Assembly: GCF_004010195.1 (NCBI RefSeq)
Contig: NC_057720.1
Coordinates: 48,338,880 to 48,402,879, forward strand
Length of the DNA stretch: 64,000 bases
Source of the DNA: Chiloscyllium plagiosum
Taxonomy: Eukaryota
Reading direction: 5' to 3'
Below, piece by piece: positions 14,181 to 27,554 of the stretch. The position numbers and the translations under genes are program-made. A model generated the notes under the pieces. It was not told the origin of the DNA. It made no database searches and was given only the letters and a program-made list of their open reading frames with translations. How positions within the stretch are numbered: position 1 is the stretch's first letter; each line of letters begins with the position of its first letter.

Positions 14181-14660
14181 GTAAAGAGTACGTGAGAAAC
14201 TTTAAATTGTTCAGACGTTTAGCTTCATTTGTTGTCGCCTTTTTGTTGCTTTTTTTGGTTTTAATATATAAACTGGGAACCGTTGCAAACCGGAAGCGAA
14301 ACCATGCAAAAGCCACTGCAAAAAAAAGTCGGCGAAAGATGTCTGAGGCTTTTTTTGTTTCCAAAGAAGAAGCCCCTTTGAAAGCCTTCCAAGATCACTC
14401 CCAGCTCCCTGGCTCAGTGTTGATGGCGAAAGAGCACTTTTTGTGGAGCGCCCTAAGAAATTACATCGAGTTGCAGCGCTCACTGTTTATTTCCGCATCG
14501 GTATTTGCATAGAAACCACGCACAGAGGCGACCGCACGTCCATCCAATCGGCTTCTAGAATCCCGGGAGACGCGAGTGGCGCGAGCGTCTGGCCTGGGAT
14601 TCCATTCCCGGGCTCGGGTTCTATCGTCGCACTAATACGTACAGGCTGCACCGTTTGAAG
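14181..14660 (-). promoter_or_regulatory. Putative distal NFIA promoter and 5' UTR of the alternative first exon
   Basis: CpG-dense 14440-14660, CCAAT at 14544-14548, located upstream of the ATG|gtacgt donor. Confidence 0.5.
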
Positions 14661-15327
14661 CTTCTCTCATGTCAAATGTATATGCAGAAGGCATTTGTAA
14701 TCGGCTGTGATTTTTTTACTCTCTCGGTAGCAAGTTTAGGTAAGCAAATGTGAAAGACGATTGTTTTCTTTGTTAAGGGCAAAGTATGTGTGTATTTCTC
14801 AATCCAGTCATCTCCTAATACGGTTGACCTCGTCTTTTTTCTATTTTATTTAGTTTTAAAGAGAAATACTACATCAGTGCATTATACATATGCATATTTT
14901 AAAAAAACTTATGGCTATCATTGCATTGAAAAACATGCCGTGTGATATGTAGGCCGAGAAAGATAAGTAGCGCTTACTGATCATCGTATTCTTGTGAAGT
15001 GGTTTTTATGTAGAAAATTATCTCCAGACTGCTGTAATCAAAATAGCAACAGTTGCTAATGAAAAGGAAGAAAAGTTTAGGTTTTTTTTTAATCATTGAT
15101 GCTCAGAGAGTGAACGTTTTTTAAAATTGAAATAATCTTCTTTTTACTTTGCCAGTTTTATCTGTGAACATCGTTGCCTTGGAAACCTAATTATTAAACA
15201 ACAATTTAACTGTCGTGATCAATAAATTATTGAATAAAGATCGTATTTTTCAAAGAACTTTGTCTTTTATTATGATATTCGTATTAACTAGCTAACATAT
15301 ATTCGCTGCTAAACAGGCCTTATGTTA

Positions 15328-15459
15328 ATATAAAACAAAGAACTGCGGATGCTGGAGATCTGAAACAAAAACAAATTGCTGGCGAAACTCAGCAGAGCGG
15401 GCAGCATCTGTGGGAGAAAGCAGATTTAACGTTTGAGTCCGGTGACTCTTCATCAGAAC
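15328..15459 (-). mobile_element. Penelope-like (PLE) 3' terminal fragment with degenerate hammerhead motif
   Basis: Minus strand reads CTGATGA-A-GAGTC-ACCG-GACTC-AAAC-GTT...ccagcatccgcagt. Flanked by a 15-bp degenerate TSD (15313-15327 and 15460-15474, 13/15 identical). Confidence 0.75.
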
Positions 15460-18400
15460 ACAGGTCTTATCTTAGTCGTGTGCATATTAATGATGACACG
15501 TTTGCTTTTACGCATACAACTGATTTGTAAATGTCTACTGAGATTATCACTAAAAAGATATGTTTTAAAATGTTAGATTAATCAAAAAATTTATTTTGAA
15601 TCCTTATATCTCATTAAATGTGGGATATTATATATCATATATCATAAATATATATTGGCCTAGTCAGCTGCGTCCATGCCCCCGTAAATGAACCAGAAAA
15701 AACCCCATAGATTTTAATAATGTAGCTGGACAACTGAATTAACAAGCTGTTGTTCTAACGTGTATTACAAGTTGTCATTTCTGTTCTGACATGACAATGT
15801 AGGCTCTTAAGATGTGAAATTCTGCTTTTGTTAGACACCGTCGTGGATTGTCAGCAAATTGCCATAGAAAAGTCTGAGAAGCTGATTATATACCGTGCTT
15901 CAAACCTGCTCAGGAATACATCAATTATTTTTGATCAGCCATTTCTTGTAAACGTTACTATCCGCCTGGATATATGAACAGATCATATGCTACGTTGTCT
16001 GACCAATAAAATGCGTGCGCTTATGGTATAGGGCGCATGGGAACTGAAAACCCCGTGCGATTGAACGTATTTTTGGGTACGACGCAAATGATATTAGGAC
16101 AATATATACAATATAACTTTTTAAACTGTAAAGAACGCTTGTGAACTTTTAACGCATTTTAACATTGGATGAGCCAGCTTTTTGTAATTCACATACAGTT
16201 TTACTTCAAAAAGTTGAATATATTTGCATGGATTATTAGCAAGTCCAAAAATAATAGGCACAGGAATTAAGCTTAATTTATTGCATTCAGCTGCACACCA
16301 CATAGTATATAACATCCTGTACAAACTAATTACACCAATCATCTTCCAAACTGTAATCAGACTCAGTTTATGCATTAAATGTAGGAAGGCACATACAGTT
16401 TTTGTGCACACCATACGGACGTACCGCACACGCACACAAAAAAGACTAATGCAGTGTAATACTTGAGACACTTGCTTTCATCGCTGCATTTCTTAAATCG
16501 TCACGGGTAAATGTTATTGATTTTTCCATAGATTTTTATTTACGTTTCAAAGCTGGTTTGTCAAACGTGTAAAAATAAAAATCATACTTTTGGTTTCCCC
16601 TCTTGCCGGTTACAGTTACGACACTCAGGAATATATTTGATCTGTTGCCTCGCGTCTTTTAATAAAAAGGTTCTCACTGCAGATACACTGCAGATCAACA
16701 AGAGCAGCAGCCCACAAGTACGCCCGAAGAACTTCGGAACATACATCCACCACCATCGTTATGCTGTTATGAAGACATGGCTCTCAGGGATTTCACTGTT
16801 CCTTATTTCTGCAATTTCATATCAATCGTAATCAGATATGTTTCGTTAAAATAATCTCTGACACCGAGGAGATTGCAGCGAAAAAGAAAGCTTTTCGACT
16901 CTTTACAAACAAGGCAATGTTAAAGTGGAAAATAAAGTCTCAACAAAACTAGACGCTGCGACAGCACGTACAAAGCGAGCTGACGTTTACTAAAATAGAT
17001 CACAATGCAAAATCTGTCCGGCATTATGTAAAAAAACCCAACAAACACAGCATTGAATCACTCTAACGCATGGAATCAACAATTTTCTCCTTAATTGTAT
17101 GAATCCATGACACTTGCGGAAATGTCCCTGTCGATTTGGCGCTGGAGATATTGATTTGAGGACATTCCAGAACAGGGAGTGAGAAAGACAAAGTCTTTGC
17201 ATTTTTGTTTTTCAAAACTATTATATTAAGATCTCAGATCTGATGTTCCCACAGGTCAATGCCACAACTAGAGGGCTCTAATAGCAACAAGTAAAAAGTG
17301 ATTTTCCTGATTTTGGAAAATGTTGCGAGAGTTGAATTACCCTCCCCCAGTTACAATGGTGCATTCCGCCGCGTAGTTTTTTTAAATCATTTTGCTGTTG
17401 TAATGTTTTGTTTTTCTCCCGAAATTTTGGCATTAGAAGTAGAATTATTGCTTTTCTGAAGCAATGGTTGAAAAGGAGACTCTATTAAAACAAAGTTCTT
17501 TACTGTGCTTTTCCTCCCTTTTCACTCTGTCGGCACCCGTAAGGAGCGCATTCGAGGGATTTCTTGCTAAAATGGAGTCGAGAGTTCAATAAATAGTCAC
17601 AAATTTCCATTAATTCTCATTTAGATTTTGAAATAAATCATGGCAATTGTGAGTGAAATGAAGGTGTTCACAATTAAGTGGCGATTTACTGACGCAAATA
17701 AAGAAATATATATGAATACTTAAAGGGAAGGACTGAACCGTCAACTTAAACGTTTAATCGGCAACCAACATTTTCACACTGGTTTGGAAATAATAATTCG
17801 GCCCCAGATGCCGATAACCATGGGAGCATTAAAGTTCAACCAGACAGTATCAATAAGAGGTTTGTTTTAAAACCACATCGTTGCCACGAAAATAGAAGGG
17901 AAAGTTTTTTTGCTTGAAAAACAAACTTCTTTGTTTTCCGAGTTTAAGTCGCAGCTTTAAAAAGTTTTAAAGTTTCGTTCTGGATAAAGAGTATTGGTCC
18001 TATTCATTACTATGCAATGATTCTCGACCGTATGTTTTAAGACGGCGAATGAAGATTTTAAACTTCGATACTTCACTAATTATCCAGCATGGAGTATTGC
18101 AAATTCAATATTTACGTGCGCTTTTCTATCTTGTTCTGCAGCGTTAATTTTAAAGAAAGATACTTTGCACAGCTTTATTGGGACAGACTAGCACGTTTCG
18201 ACGACCTAGTTTACTTTTAACTTTCTTTGAATAAATCAATTTCGCAATCCATGAAAGTTTTAAACCACCCCTCGGTTGTGCTAACTGCCTGAATCATATT
18301 CTGCCGTGAGTTTGTCACATGCGTAAAATTAAACAAAGGTTAGACTTCAAAAGAATATTTCAGTTGAATTAAATTCGAGCCCAGTTTATAGCGCATACGT

Positions 18401-21400
18401 CTGTTTACTACACACAGACACCTGCATCGTTATTTATTCTTAAAATACACGATTTACGACAACTGATTTCTATAAATGCTACAATTCCACGCATAATTTT
18501 ACCCTAAAAGATTTAACCAATTTCTTCTAAGAGCGACTTTAATGTCTTCTGTTTCAATGTGAGCAATAGAAATTAACATTTAAACAATTTAGTTATTTCA
18601 AGTTGCAGGCAATTTGTGAAATTATTTTGTATAAACAAGAAGTTAACCATTTCTGCGCACGTATAATTCAACAAAGGGGTGCGATATCAGATATGATGTG
18701 ATGAGTATCTTCGCTACTCATTAGACATAGGAATAAACTTGGGTGGAAATGCTGGACGAACTGGGAATCAAATCTATCCGAACTATTACAGACACACGAA
18801 TGCATTATTTAAGTTTTGTTTTTATACAGGACAGTTATCCTAATTAACGGAAAACGTGTTTTTGTTAATTGTATATCAAGCAATGATAAATTATTTTCAA
18901 ATTATATCTTAAATAATAATATGAAATCCCACTCATTTCATGGCTAACCTCAAAATATATTGTGTTGTTGACAATTCTAAACATTCAGCTCCCAAACTAA
19001 ATTATCCTCGTTTTTGCCAGGGTAATTTAGCAGACATGAAATTAACTACAGATTCCCGCGTCACTTTTTTTTATCAAGGAGCTAAACATGCAATCACATG
19101 TAAATTACCTTTTAATGAACAAAAGTCAGGAATTATTTGAGGCAGTATCTTCGACAGTTTCAACACTGATCATGATTGGGAATATAAATAAATTACCTCC
19201 ATTTATTACCTATAAAATACACCAATCCAGAGAACAAGTTAAATTGCGCACCCCATTTTTGATTATGAAGTATTAACAATATGAAATAGAATTTAAGTGA
19301 AAACAATAGGATAGGTTAATTTCCTTTATTTCTTTCGCGTGTGCAAGTTTAAAGACAATAGAACTAGACCTCGATTCCTTATGTACAGGATAAGCATTGA
19401 TAGTTGAACATTTTTTTCAAATTAAAAAATAACTTTTATATTAAATCCGTAATGTGCATCTGCCATGTCGTTTTTTAAAATTTGGGTACTAATGAATTGT
19501 GCTCACTACTCATCAGTGACAACAGATGATTACAGGGTGCATCGATGATCAGCATATTCATATATGTTTAACCTGGAACTTGCATTGTTAAACATACGCC
19601 CATTACATTTCACTAGTAGGTACAAAACTAAACGATCACATTTTAAAATTTCGTTACAATTCATGACTTAGTACGCAGTATGAAACTATTTTTTTCTTCA
19701 TTTTTATCGCATTTTAGCTGTCAGATGTTTGGAAGTCTTCACTCAAACCTTTCGGAACAAACAGAAATTTAATAATAAAAATGTCAAAGTGGATTATGAA
19801 GCGATGAAAATTCAAATATGACCGCAATTCAAAATATGAACAAATTTTGGTTTACTTTTTTGTGTGTAATCAATCAAGGAAAAAATTACATGTCAACAGA
19901 TAGTATACGTTCTGAGTAATAATCAAGATTACAAGTCGCAAATATATTCATAAACAGTACATGATACAGTACCAAATTTAAGCATAAAGGCCAAATAAGC
20001 TGAACGAACACATTTTTAATCAGGAATAGTTCACCCGAACAGGATTATAAGGGTTTGCAAACTGTTCTAAAAGTAGGATGAGTAAATGAAGAAAACTATC
20101 TGGGCATAAACACTTTGAAATAAGGTTCTTTATGAGTAACTGAGAGATAATAAATAATTGAGAAAGTACTTTAAAAAGTACAGTATCAAAAATATTGACG
20201 ATGCAAACGCTTTTAAGTTTTTAATTATGAAACACTCCAATTTCAGAAATATGGAGACACAAAATGCAAATATCTTTTTTTCCTTTAGTCAGAAATACAT
20301 ATACCGAAGTAATTAGTTTCTATCATAACTTTTAGCAACTGGAAGATCATTGTTTTAGAACAACATTAAACTTTACGCTTTTGGAGAAGTTCGAGTTCAA
20401 CCTATACACTCACATAAATGACTTTGACACCTTTGTAATGTCATTTCTAAAAGAATTGCCAAACTCCATCTGGTCGTTTTACCAAAAAAAAGACTAGAAA
20501 TAATCCTCCTTAGGTAAAGTACATAGCCTTACAATAGATTTAAGTATTTACTAAAAACAAATAATAATAATGGGCATCCAGGTTTAACAGGAAATCAATA
20601 ACTGATATGTCTGATATTTATTTCTCTCACTATGTTTTTGCAACAATATCAGAATTAAAAATTAAATCCGCTGGAGTACTCTTCTTAATTCGCCGATTCA
20701 GAGGGTACAAGACTTTCCTAGGCAATGTTATAGTCCATAGTAGTATCGGCGTTACTTGTTTTTCATTACTAATATTATTATTAATGAATTATTCATGATC
20801 CATTTTGGCGACGATCCCTTTATTCATTTTCCCAGATTTGTTTAGAACATAGAGAATCCATAAAACAAATCAAATCGAATGCACTTATCACAAACAATGC
20901 CAATTATTAAATTTAGCGAGAGATTCCATGCTTTTAAGCTGCATTCCTAATTTTCTTCGTCATTTTTGTTCCTAGTTTCTTTATTTGAATGCTGCTATCA
21001 TGCATTTGTAGGCGAAAAGTTGTCAAACTGCATACTAATCGCGATTATCGTCAGACCATTTTGTTGCCACATTCCCTCGTTACTGCTATCTACGTTCCTA
21101 ACACTGGAAGATCGATAACCCTATACCTCTACTTAGCTGAATTGTAATTAGACATAAAGTAACTCTTTCATTACGGCAAAATAAAGGATTTTGTGTTTTT
21201 TAAATGTTTGAACGAAATAGAAATCGATACAGCTGACAGGTGAAATCAGCAGTTCTTGTGATTTGGCAAGTAAATTAGTAAGTATACCGTACAACAGACT
21301 TAGTCTATTTAATGTAGTAAATCTCAGAATACGACAAATCAACATTTCAGGCAAATTAGCAGGAACTTTGTTAAGTTCTGTAATCTTTTTTTTCGAGAAA

Positions 21401-24400
21401 TAATCAGACAATAGGCAAATGATATTAATTGTTTTTGAACAGATAACAGGAAATCTAAATAAGGTTTTTCCTAAGTATCGCCGACTCATGTGTAACACTC
21501 GTCAACACTGAAGCAAATGTGTGTTCTCGTAATGATCATATTTGGCTAAAACTTCTCTCTAAAATAATTCCGGTTATTGCAGCTTGCTCCAAAACTTTAG
21601 GTCGTTGAAACAAACAATAGGTTTGTACGATTTATTGCTTTTTTCTACAGGTAGGTAGAAATAAACATTTGCGTATACGTAGAGCAATAATGCAACAAAA
21701 ATAATAGAAGAAATCGAACGAAGACAAAAGGCCAAGACAGAATAATTAACAGATAACAACAGTTGCTAAAATCTTGAAACAACAATATTCAACTTTGATT
21801 TGGTCCTTTTCAGACTGTACAGCTTATATATAATTTGCATTTAAAACAGATAAGAAACGAATGTGCTGCAAAATATTACATTTACATTGCTGAACGATTT
21901 CGTTCAAATGTTAATCCACAGTGTAATATATAATTTTGTAAGACTTTGCAAGGAAAATTTATTTACACCGTTGCTACGATATTGAGCTACATATTAAATC
22001 AAATGTAGCAATCACTCGCTTTGATAGAAATAAGGCTGCACCAGATGAAACACGTATTCATAACTGTAATGTTTTGCTACACTTGCATTTGAGACGATAT
22101 TAAAATAAGGAAAATTGTATCACATCGAACATTGTAAGCAAAATTGTAACCGCTAAATATTTAACTAGAAAACTTGGCAATAACTTTAAAAAGCGAGTTG
22201 TATGTTAATTTAAAGATTCTGTGTATTTTTTAAAAAATAATTTGATGCAATAATGCCTATTATTTTTTAAAATATATCTGATCACATGAATCAAACTGTT
22301 CAGACCGGGTTCACCGAAATTATGTTCAGGAATTTTCAAGCTAAAACTTTGTACAAGGTAAAAGACAAATACAAATTATGATCGCTTGATATTTTTTAGT
22401 TTGTCATAATTTGGGAGTGTCTCCTGTTTTTGATTGATACAATTAAATAGTTATAATTAAGGTTTTTTATGTTATTTAAATATTCCCTTTTATGAATTAT
22501 AGCACCCCTGGATTTGTAAGACGTTTGTCAAACTGAAATGCAAGTAATCCTCGTGGAATAATGTTTTAGAACGGTAGGTTTTACTAGGACCCATCTGAGT
22601 AACACACAGTTTGTGCTATTTGTTAATTTACCATTAATGACCTGATTTCATTAACTTCAGTGTAACATTTAAAAGTAACTCTTCGCCAGTAGCAGAACTG
22701 CCCACGTTAACACTTAAGTTAAAAGTGGTGCATGCTGTGTCCACAAAACTTCAAAAGCAACCTTGCCATTCGAATTTACATAACATCAACATAATGAGTA
22801 ATATGTTAATCACAAACTTGCAATAAGTACTTTTCCAGTAGAATAACTCTCCTTTTGATAAATTTCTTCATATATGAAACTATATTGAATAATCGAATTC
22901 AACTTGGATAACATCGTTTCTACTACCGATTTAAAGATAAATGACCACAAGTAAAAGATCATGTCACATTCACAACATAGCCAGAAATTAAAAACAGAAA
23001 TAAAACGTCTAAAAGTAATTTCCTTCTTAGGTGGATAGAGCAAGCAGGCTTGTTAAATTATTTAGACCCGGAAATATAAATCGGTAGTAAGATGAATTAT
23101 CTGGTATAGCGGATCGATACAGTTTGATATGACAAATTGAATTAACAGATACATAACGATATATTTTACATAGAGGATATGAACAGGTTACATTATAAAT
23201 GATCCTAAGGGCAATTACATTCAACACGGAACCTGAAAAACTTTAAATTGTAGACACCCACTTGGTCTATCAAAGATATTAACCAATGGACACTATAGGT
23301 GACACATTACCAAGCTTTTAACTTCGGAATTTACGTTAGACAGTTTTGTTTTAAGCAGAAACTTTATGTCCCGTCAATATAAATGGCCCAATTTGGTTGT
23401 TTTTTTAGGGACAGTCTCCCACTTTATCTTGCTGCAGAGAATGAGTTTTTTTAATACTAATATCGTAGTTCATGCTGTATTGTTAATTTATTCAATACTG
23501 TGCATTGTGTTTGTAAAGTTTGGCACTCAAATATTCTGAGTTTTGCAGATGGTCCATCGGATTTTATCTGCCATGATTAATAGCACAAGTGACTTGTGGT
23601 ATTTTTTTCTCGTTTCACTTTTTTCATTTCCGATCTCGAAAGTTACTCCGTGAGTAAAGATATGAGTGTACAGGAAAGTTTGCTGATTTAACTTCAGATG
23701 GTGGCAGGAAATGGGATAAGTAAAATTATTCGAAGACTTTCGCTAACACGAGAACCAGAGCGCCACTAAGAGGCAGAGGTAAACTCATACTACAGGTAAC
23801 ACGAAAGATGCAAGATCTGGATAATTGACTTAACTTGACTTATTTCATTGACGCGAACGATGGGAGAAGTGTGTGTGATGAAAATAATCTGTTGGACAGC
23901 ACAAGAGTACTTCAGTTTGTGAATACGTTAACGTTTCTTACACAATGTTTGTGTAAGAGGAACGTTTGCTCATTGCACGACGCAATGTGTTGTGAAAGTA
24001 AGAATGCGAGTGTAACAGGATCCAACATATGCTTGTTGTTGTGTTCGAATAAAGGCTTGCTGAGTGTGTAAATGTATGAGAGAAAAAGCCTGGAAATATC
24101 ACCTTGTTGGTAGTGCCTGTGCACGCGCTCGAGTCCACGCGGGAGTGCATTTTTGGGGAATGCGAATTCCCGAAGTTTGACATTGTCAATAAGTGAAGGT
24201 AACAAAACGCGTTAAGGACGAGAGCCACTGGAATGGATAACTGGTATTAAAGTCCGCATTTGTGGTGTGAAGGTTTGCAGATTAACATGAATAAGTGGAT
24301 GCCAATCTGTCAGGGTGAGTGTCGGGAGAGATTTGAAGTTGGCGTGTGACATTGCGACTATCTTTCAAACTCCAAGGCTGCAGTTCAGTTGTAATTGCCG

Positions 24401-24503
24401 GCTTCAGTGCACTGCTGACATAAGTGCTTGAATGCACAAGGAGAACTCTAACTGCCCTCGATACCTTTTAAGTATTCGGGAGTAAGGCCAAATGTCATTA
24501 CCT

Positions 24504-24640
24504 CATAGAAAATAGGAGCACCTTCGGCCCTTGAGCCTGCTCCGCCCATTCAATATGATAATGGCTGATCATCCAACACAGGACCTTGCTCCTGCTTTCT
24601 CCTAATACCAAATAATTCCTTGAGCCCTAAGAACTATTTC
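24504..24640 (-). mobile_element. Short CR1 LINE 3'-end fragment
   Basis: catagaaaataggagc...cggcccttgagcctgctccgcc resembles the reverse complement of CR1 3' tails found elsewhere in the window. Confidence 0.6.
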
Positions 24641-25349
24641 CGCTTAAAATAAACCACACAGGGTTTGAATATTTACTTTTTTTTAATCGTTTAATACATA
24701 GGACTCAGATCCTGAACCGTATACTGAGTTATGTTCCACTTGCCACCTCTCGCACACCTTGCCGAATCAATGCAAGACGAGTGTATATCTGAAAAACAAC
24801 GTGAGTGTACATTTATGTATTTGCTCAAGGCAGTTCTGTTACTGTGGGACAAAGGTGAAACTGCACAAGGCATGCATCCCAATCGATTACCATTCAACAC
24901 CAGGGCTAACTATTGCATGGAATTCAAGCTTTGTGGGAAGTCTTCCAAGACGTCATTAATACACAAGCTACTGCACACTAGGCACAGCATAATACAAGTC
25001 TATTGTCAAAGTAGTTGCTTTAAAATACTTTACAAACTTGCGTTCAGTGTTTGCTTTAAAGTTATGCGAAATTATAAGTTCTTGTCTGCATTCTCCTGAC
25101 ATCGAAATGGGCGAATGCGCAGAATTCCGTTGTTGCCAACCCATCCACTCACAATGTTCAGTATAACTGAGGAGTACGCCATTCTTCTCTACTGGACACC
25201 TGTTTGCTGCAGTTGCATAAGTATTGACGGACGTGCTTCTGATTTATGTTTATATATAGTCCTCGTATGTATGCCAATGTTGGCTTTTTCCTTCCATTCA
25301 GTGGACTGTGCCAAAAACACAATCTTTTGATGGAGAGAACATTTTAACA

Positions 25350-25465
25350 CCATACTTTTGAGGATGCTGCATGATCTATTTCTGACATAATAACAATGGC
25401 TCCACTTCAAAAAGGACTTCACTAGCTGTAAAACCGTCACGAAAGGTGCTATATAAATGCAAATT
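25350..25465 (+). mobile_element. Deu-SINE (SacSINE1/AmnSINE1-like) 3' tail remnant
   Basis: cacttcaaaaaggacttcactagctgtaaa...gaaaggtgctatataaatgcaa. Related remnants occur at ~28280-28330 (+), ~33185-33275 (-) and 60680-60930 (-). Confidence 0.55.
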
Positions 25466-27538
25466 GTGTTAGTTGCCGAGGAAGTAAACTTCAGCTCTGT
25501 TCTCGTCGACAATAACACAATGTCCAGAAAAAAATGGAACAAAGACTCAATCCGGTCTCATTGCACAGAAACACTGCGATTTTTAACTTGTATTTCGGTG
25601 AACTGGAAGTTACCAGACACACTACAGAATGTGACATGGCACTTTCTCGGCGACTCCACCCTCCGCCCCCTCCCCTCACTCCATGCTGACTTCTTCCTTC
25701 AAGAAGATCGCATTCATCGAGAGAGATGTGAGTCTGAGAACTCACTGCCTGAAAGCATATTGGAGCTAGAAACCATCACCAAACTCGGAGAGCAATTGGA
25801 TTTGCATTTTGAAGTGTTGTAACCTGCAGGGTCATGGATCGGGAGCCTGAAAGTGGGATTAGGCTGAACAACTGCCAGCCGACAAAAAACAAATCGAGGA
25901 TGTGTCAAATGACCTCCACTCCATACATTTCCCACGAGTCAATGTTTTTTTAAAAAAATTAGATCGATATTGTGAAGATCTGACCTCAGCCCTAACAATG
26001 TCCCCACTCTCTCAATATCCTGAATTATACAGGTGTCCACCACCAAACTGTTCTTAAATGAAGGAATATCGGGCTGTTTTTGATGGAAGTCAGTTGTCCC
26101 AATGCTACCTAGCGCAAACAGAAATCAATATCTTGATAAGGGAACCGCCGACATAATAACTGACCCAGATACCAATAATTCTCCATTTAAGCGATGTGTC
26201 GCCACAGAGCCAAAATGACAACTTCAGCGAAATTGTCATGTTATTATCAGTGAGACATATCACACTGTCAGCGGCAGCTCACAGGCGCACGGAAAGCTGA
26301 GAATCACCATAAGAAATGTAACCTCGGCTTCTCCTTAATGAACGCAAGTCACACATTTTGAAACTTCTGAATGAAATGGGGAGCTTCCAGCGTTCAACTA
26401 TGAGTCTTAAGTTTAGCATGATTCTCGTTAGCACGATTTTATTAAACTAATGTTTTGATAATATAATGAAGTTGGCAGAACTCAGTGACACTACAATAAC
26501 ACCAAATCCAGGTAATCAAAACGGTAAATAAATATTCGATCACAACAACATTTACATCAATAAGCATCTCAACTTATATAAATAAGGATAGGACGTATTC
26601 GAGCATGAGCTTAATAAATATACAGCAAGTGCTCCTAACCATGAAAGTTGAATTTAAGCATACGAAAGTAAATTGGCATTACCTGTAACAAACCTATCGC
26701 AAATTAGATTTAGATGGTTATAGTTCAATCGTGTAATATCCCATGCCCATACCTAATCATGCTTAGGTTAACCATACCATGACTAAATAAATCATTGATT
26801 ACGGCTCCAACTAAATACTTGTAGTAAATAAAGACGTGTTTTGTAATTGTCCAGCCGAAGGGATATGAGTAGTTATACTTCGGCTTGTTTCCGATTTTCA
26901 AGTCTTCCCCATTACATTATTGACTCACTCGTTTCAAAATAATAACAACTTCGGCAATGGAATAGGTGAAGAAGAGTAATATATAGGTGCCACCTGTTGT
27001 TGTCAAAGAGAAGCAACGCCATGATTTGTATTCTCACTGAGAACAAGTTTGAAGACTCCAGTGTCAAGCAAGCCGTGCAACGGCACAAGTTCTGACCAAA
27101 TATATTGCATTAAACCATCCTATCAATTAGATAAGGTAACAAAATACGACGTTTTGCTGCCTGTCCCGGTGCTCTTAAAACACGAAATGCTTTGCGCGAG
27201 TTACACAAACAATGCCGTTACATAACTGTTCACAGCAATTTTCTCTCAAAATCCAACTTTTCGTTTAAATAATGGAACTTATTCCTTGTAAAATCTTGAA
27301 TATCGAGATATGGTGGTCTAAACTCTGACTTTTTATTATTTTTATATCAAACATATTTTATCCGCACGAGCTAGTGGGATAGAAAGATGAAGATGTAATA
27401 ATAGATTATACTAATGAACACTTCATTTCTTATGTTGAACAATTTGAAACTTTTGATTGACCAATTGCCACAATTCCATCTACTTCATTTGTTAAGATGG
27501 AGAATGAGCAATGTAAGATCTCTGTGTAATGTAAATTA

Positions 27539-27554
27539 GCAGTAGGGGGCGCTC
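27539..27554 (+). promoter_or_regulatory. Candidate CTCF site
   Basis: GCAGTAGGGGGCGCTC matches 12/13 positions of CCASYAGRKGGCR, with its CpG retained. Confidence 0.55.
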
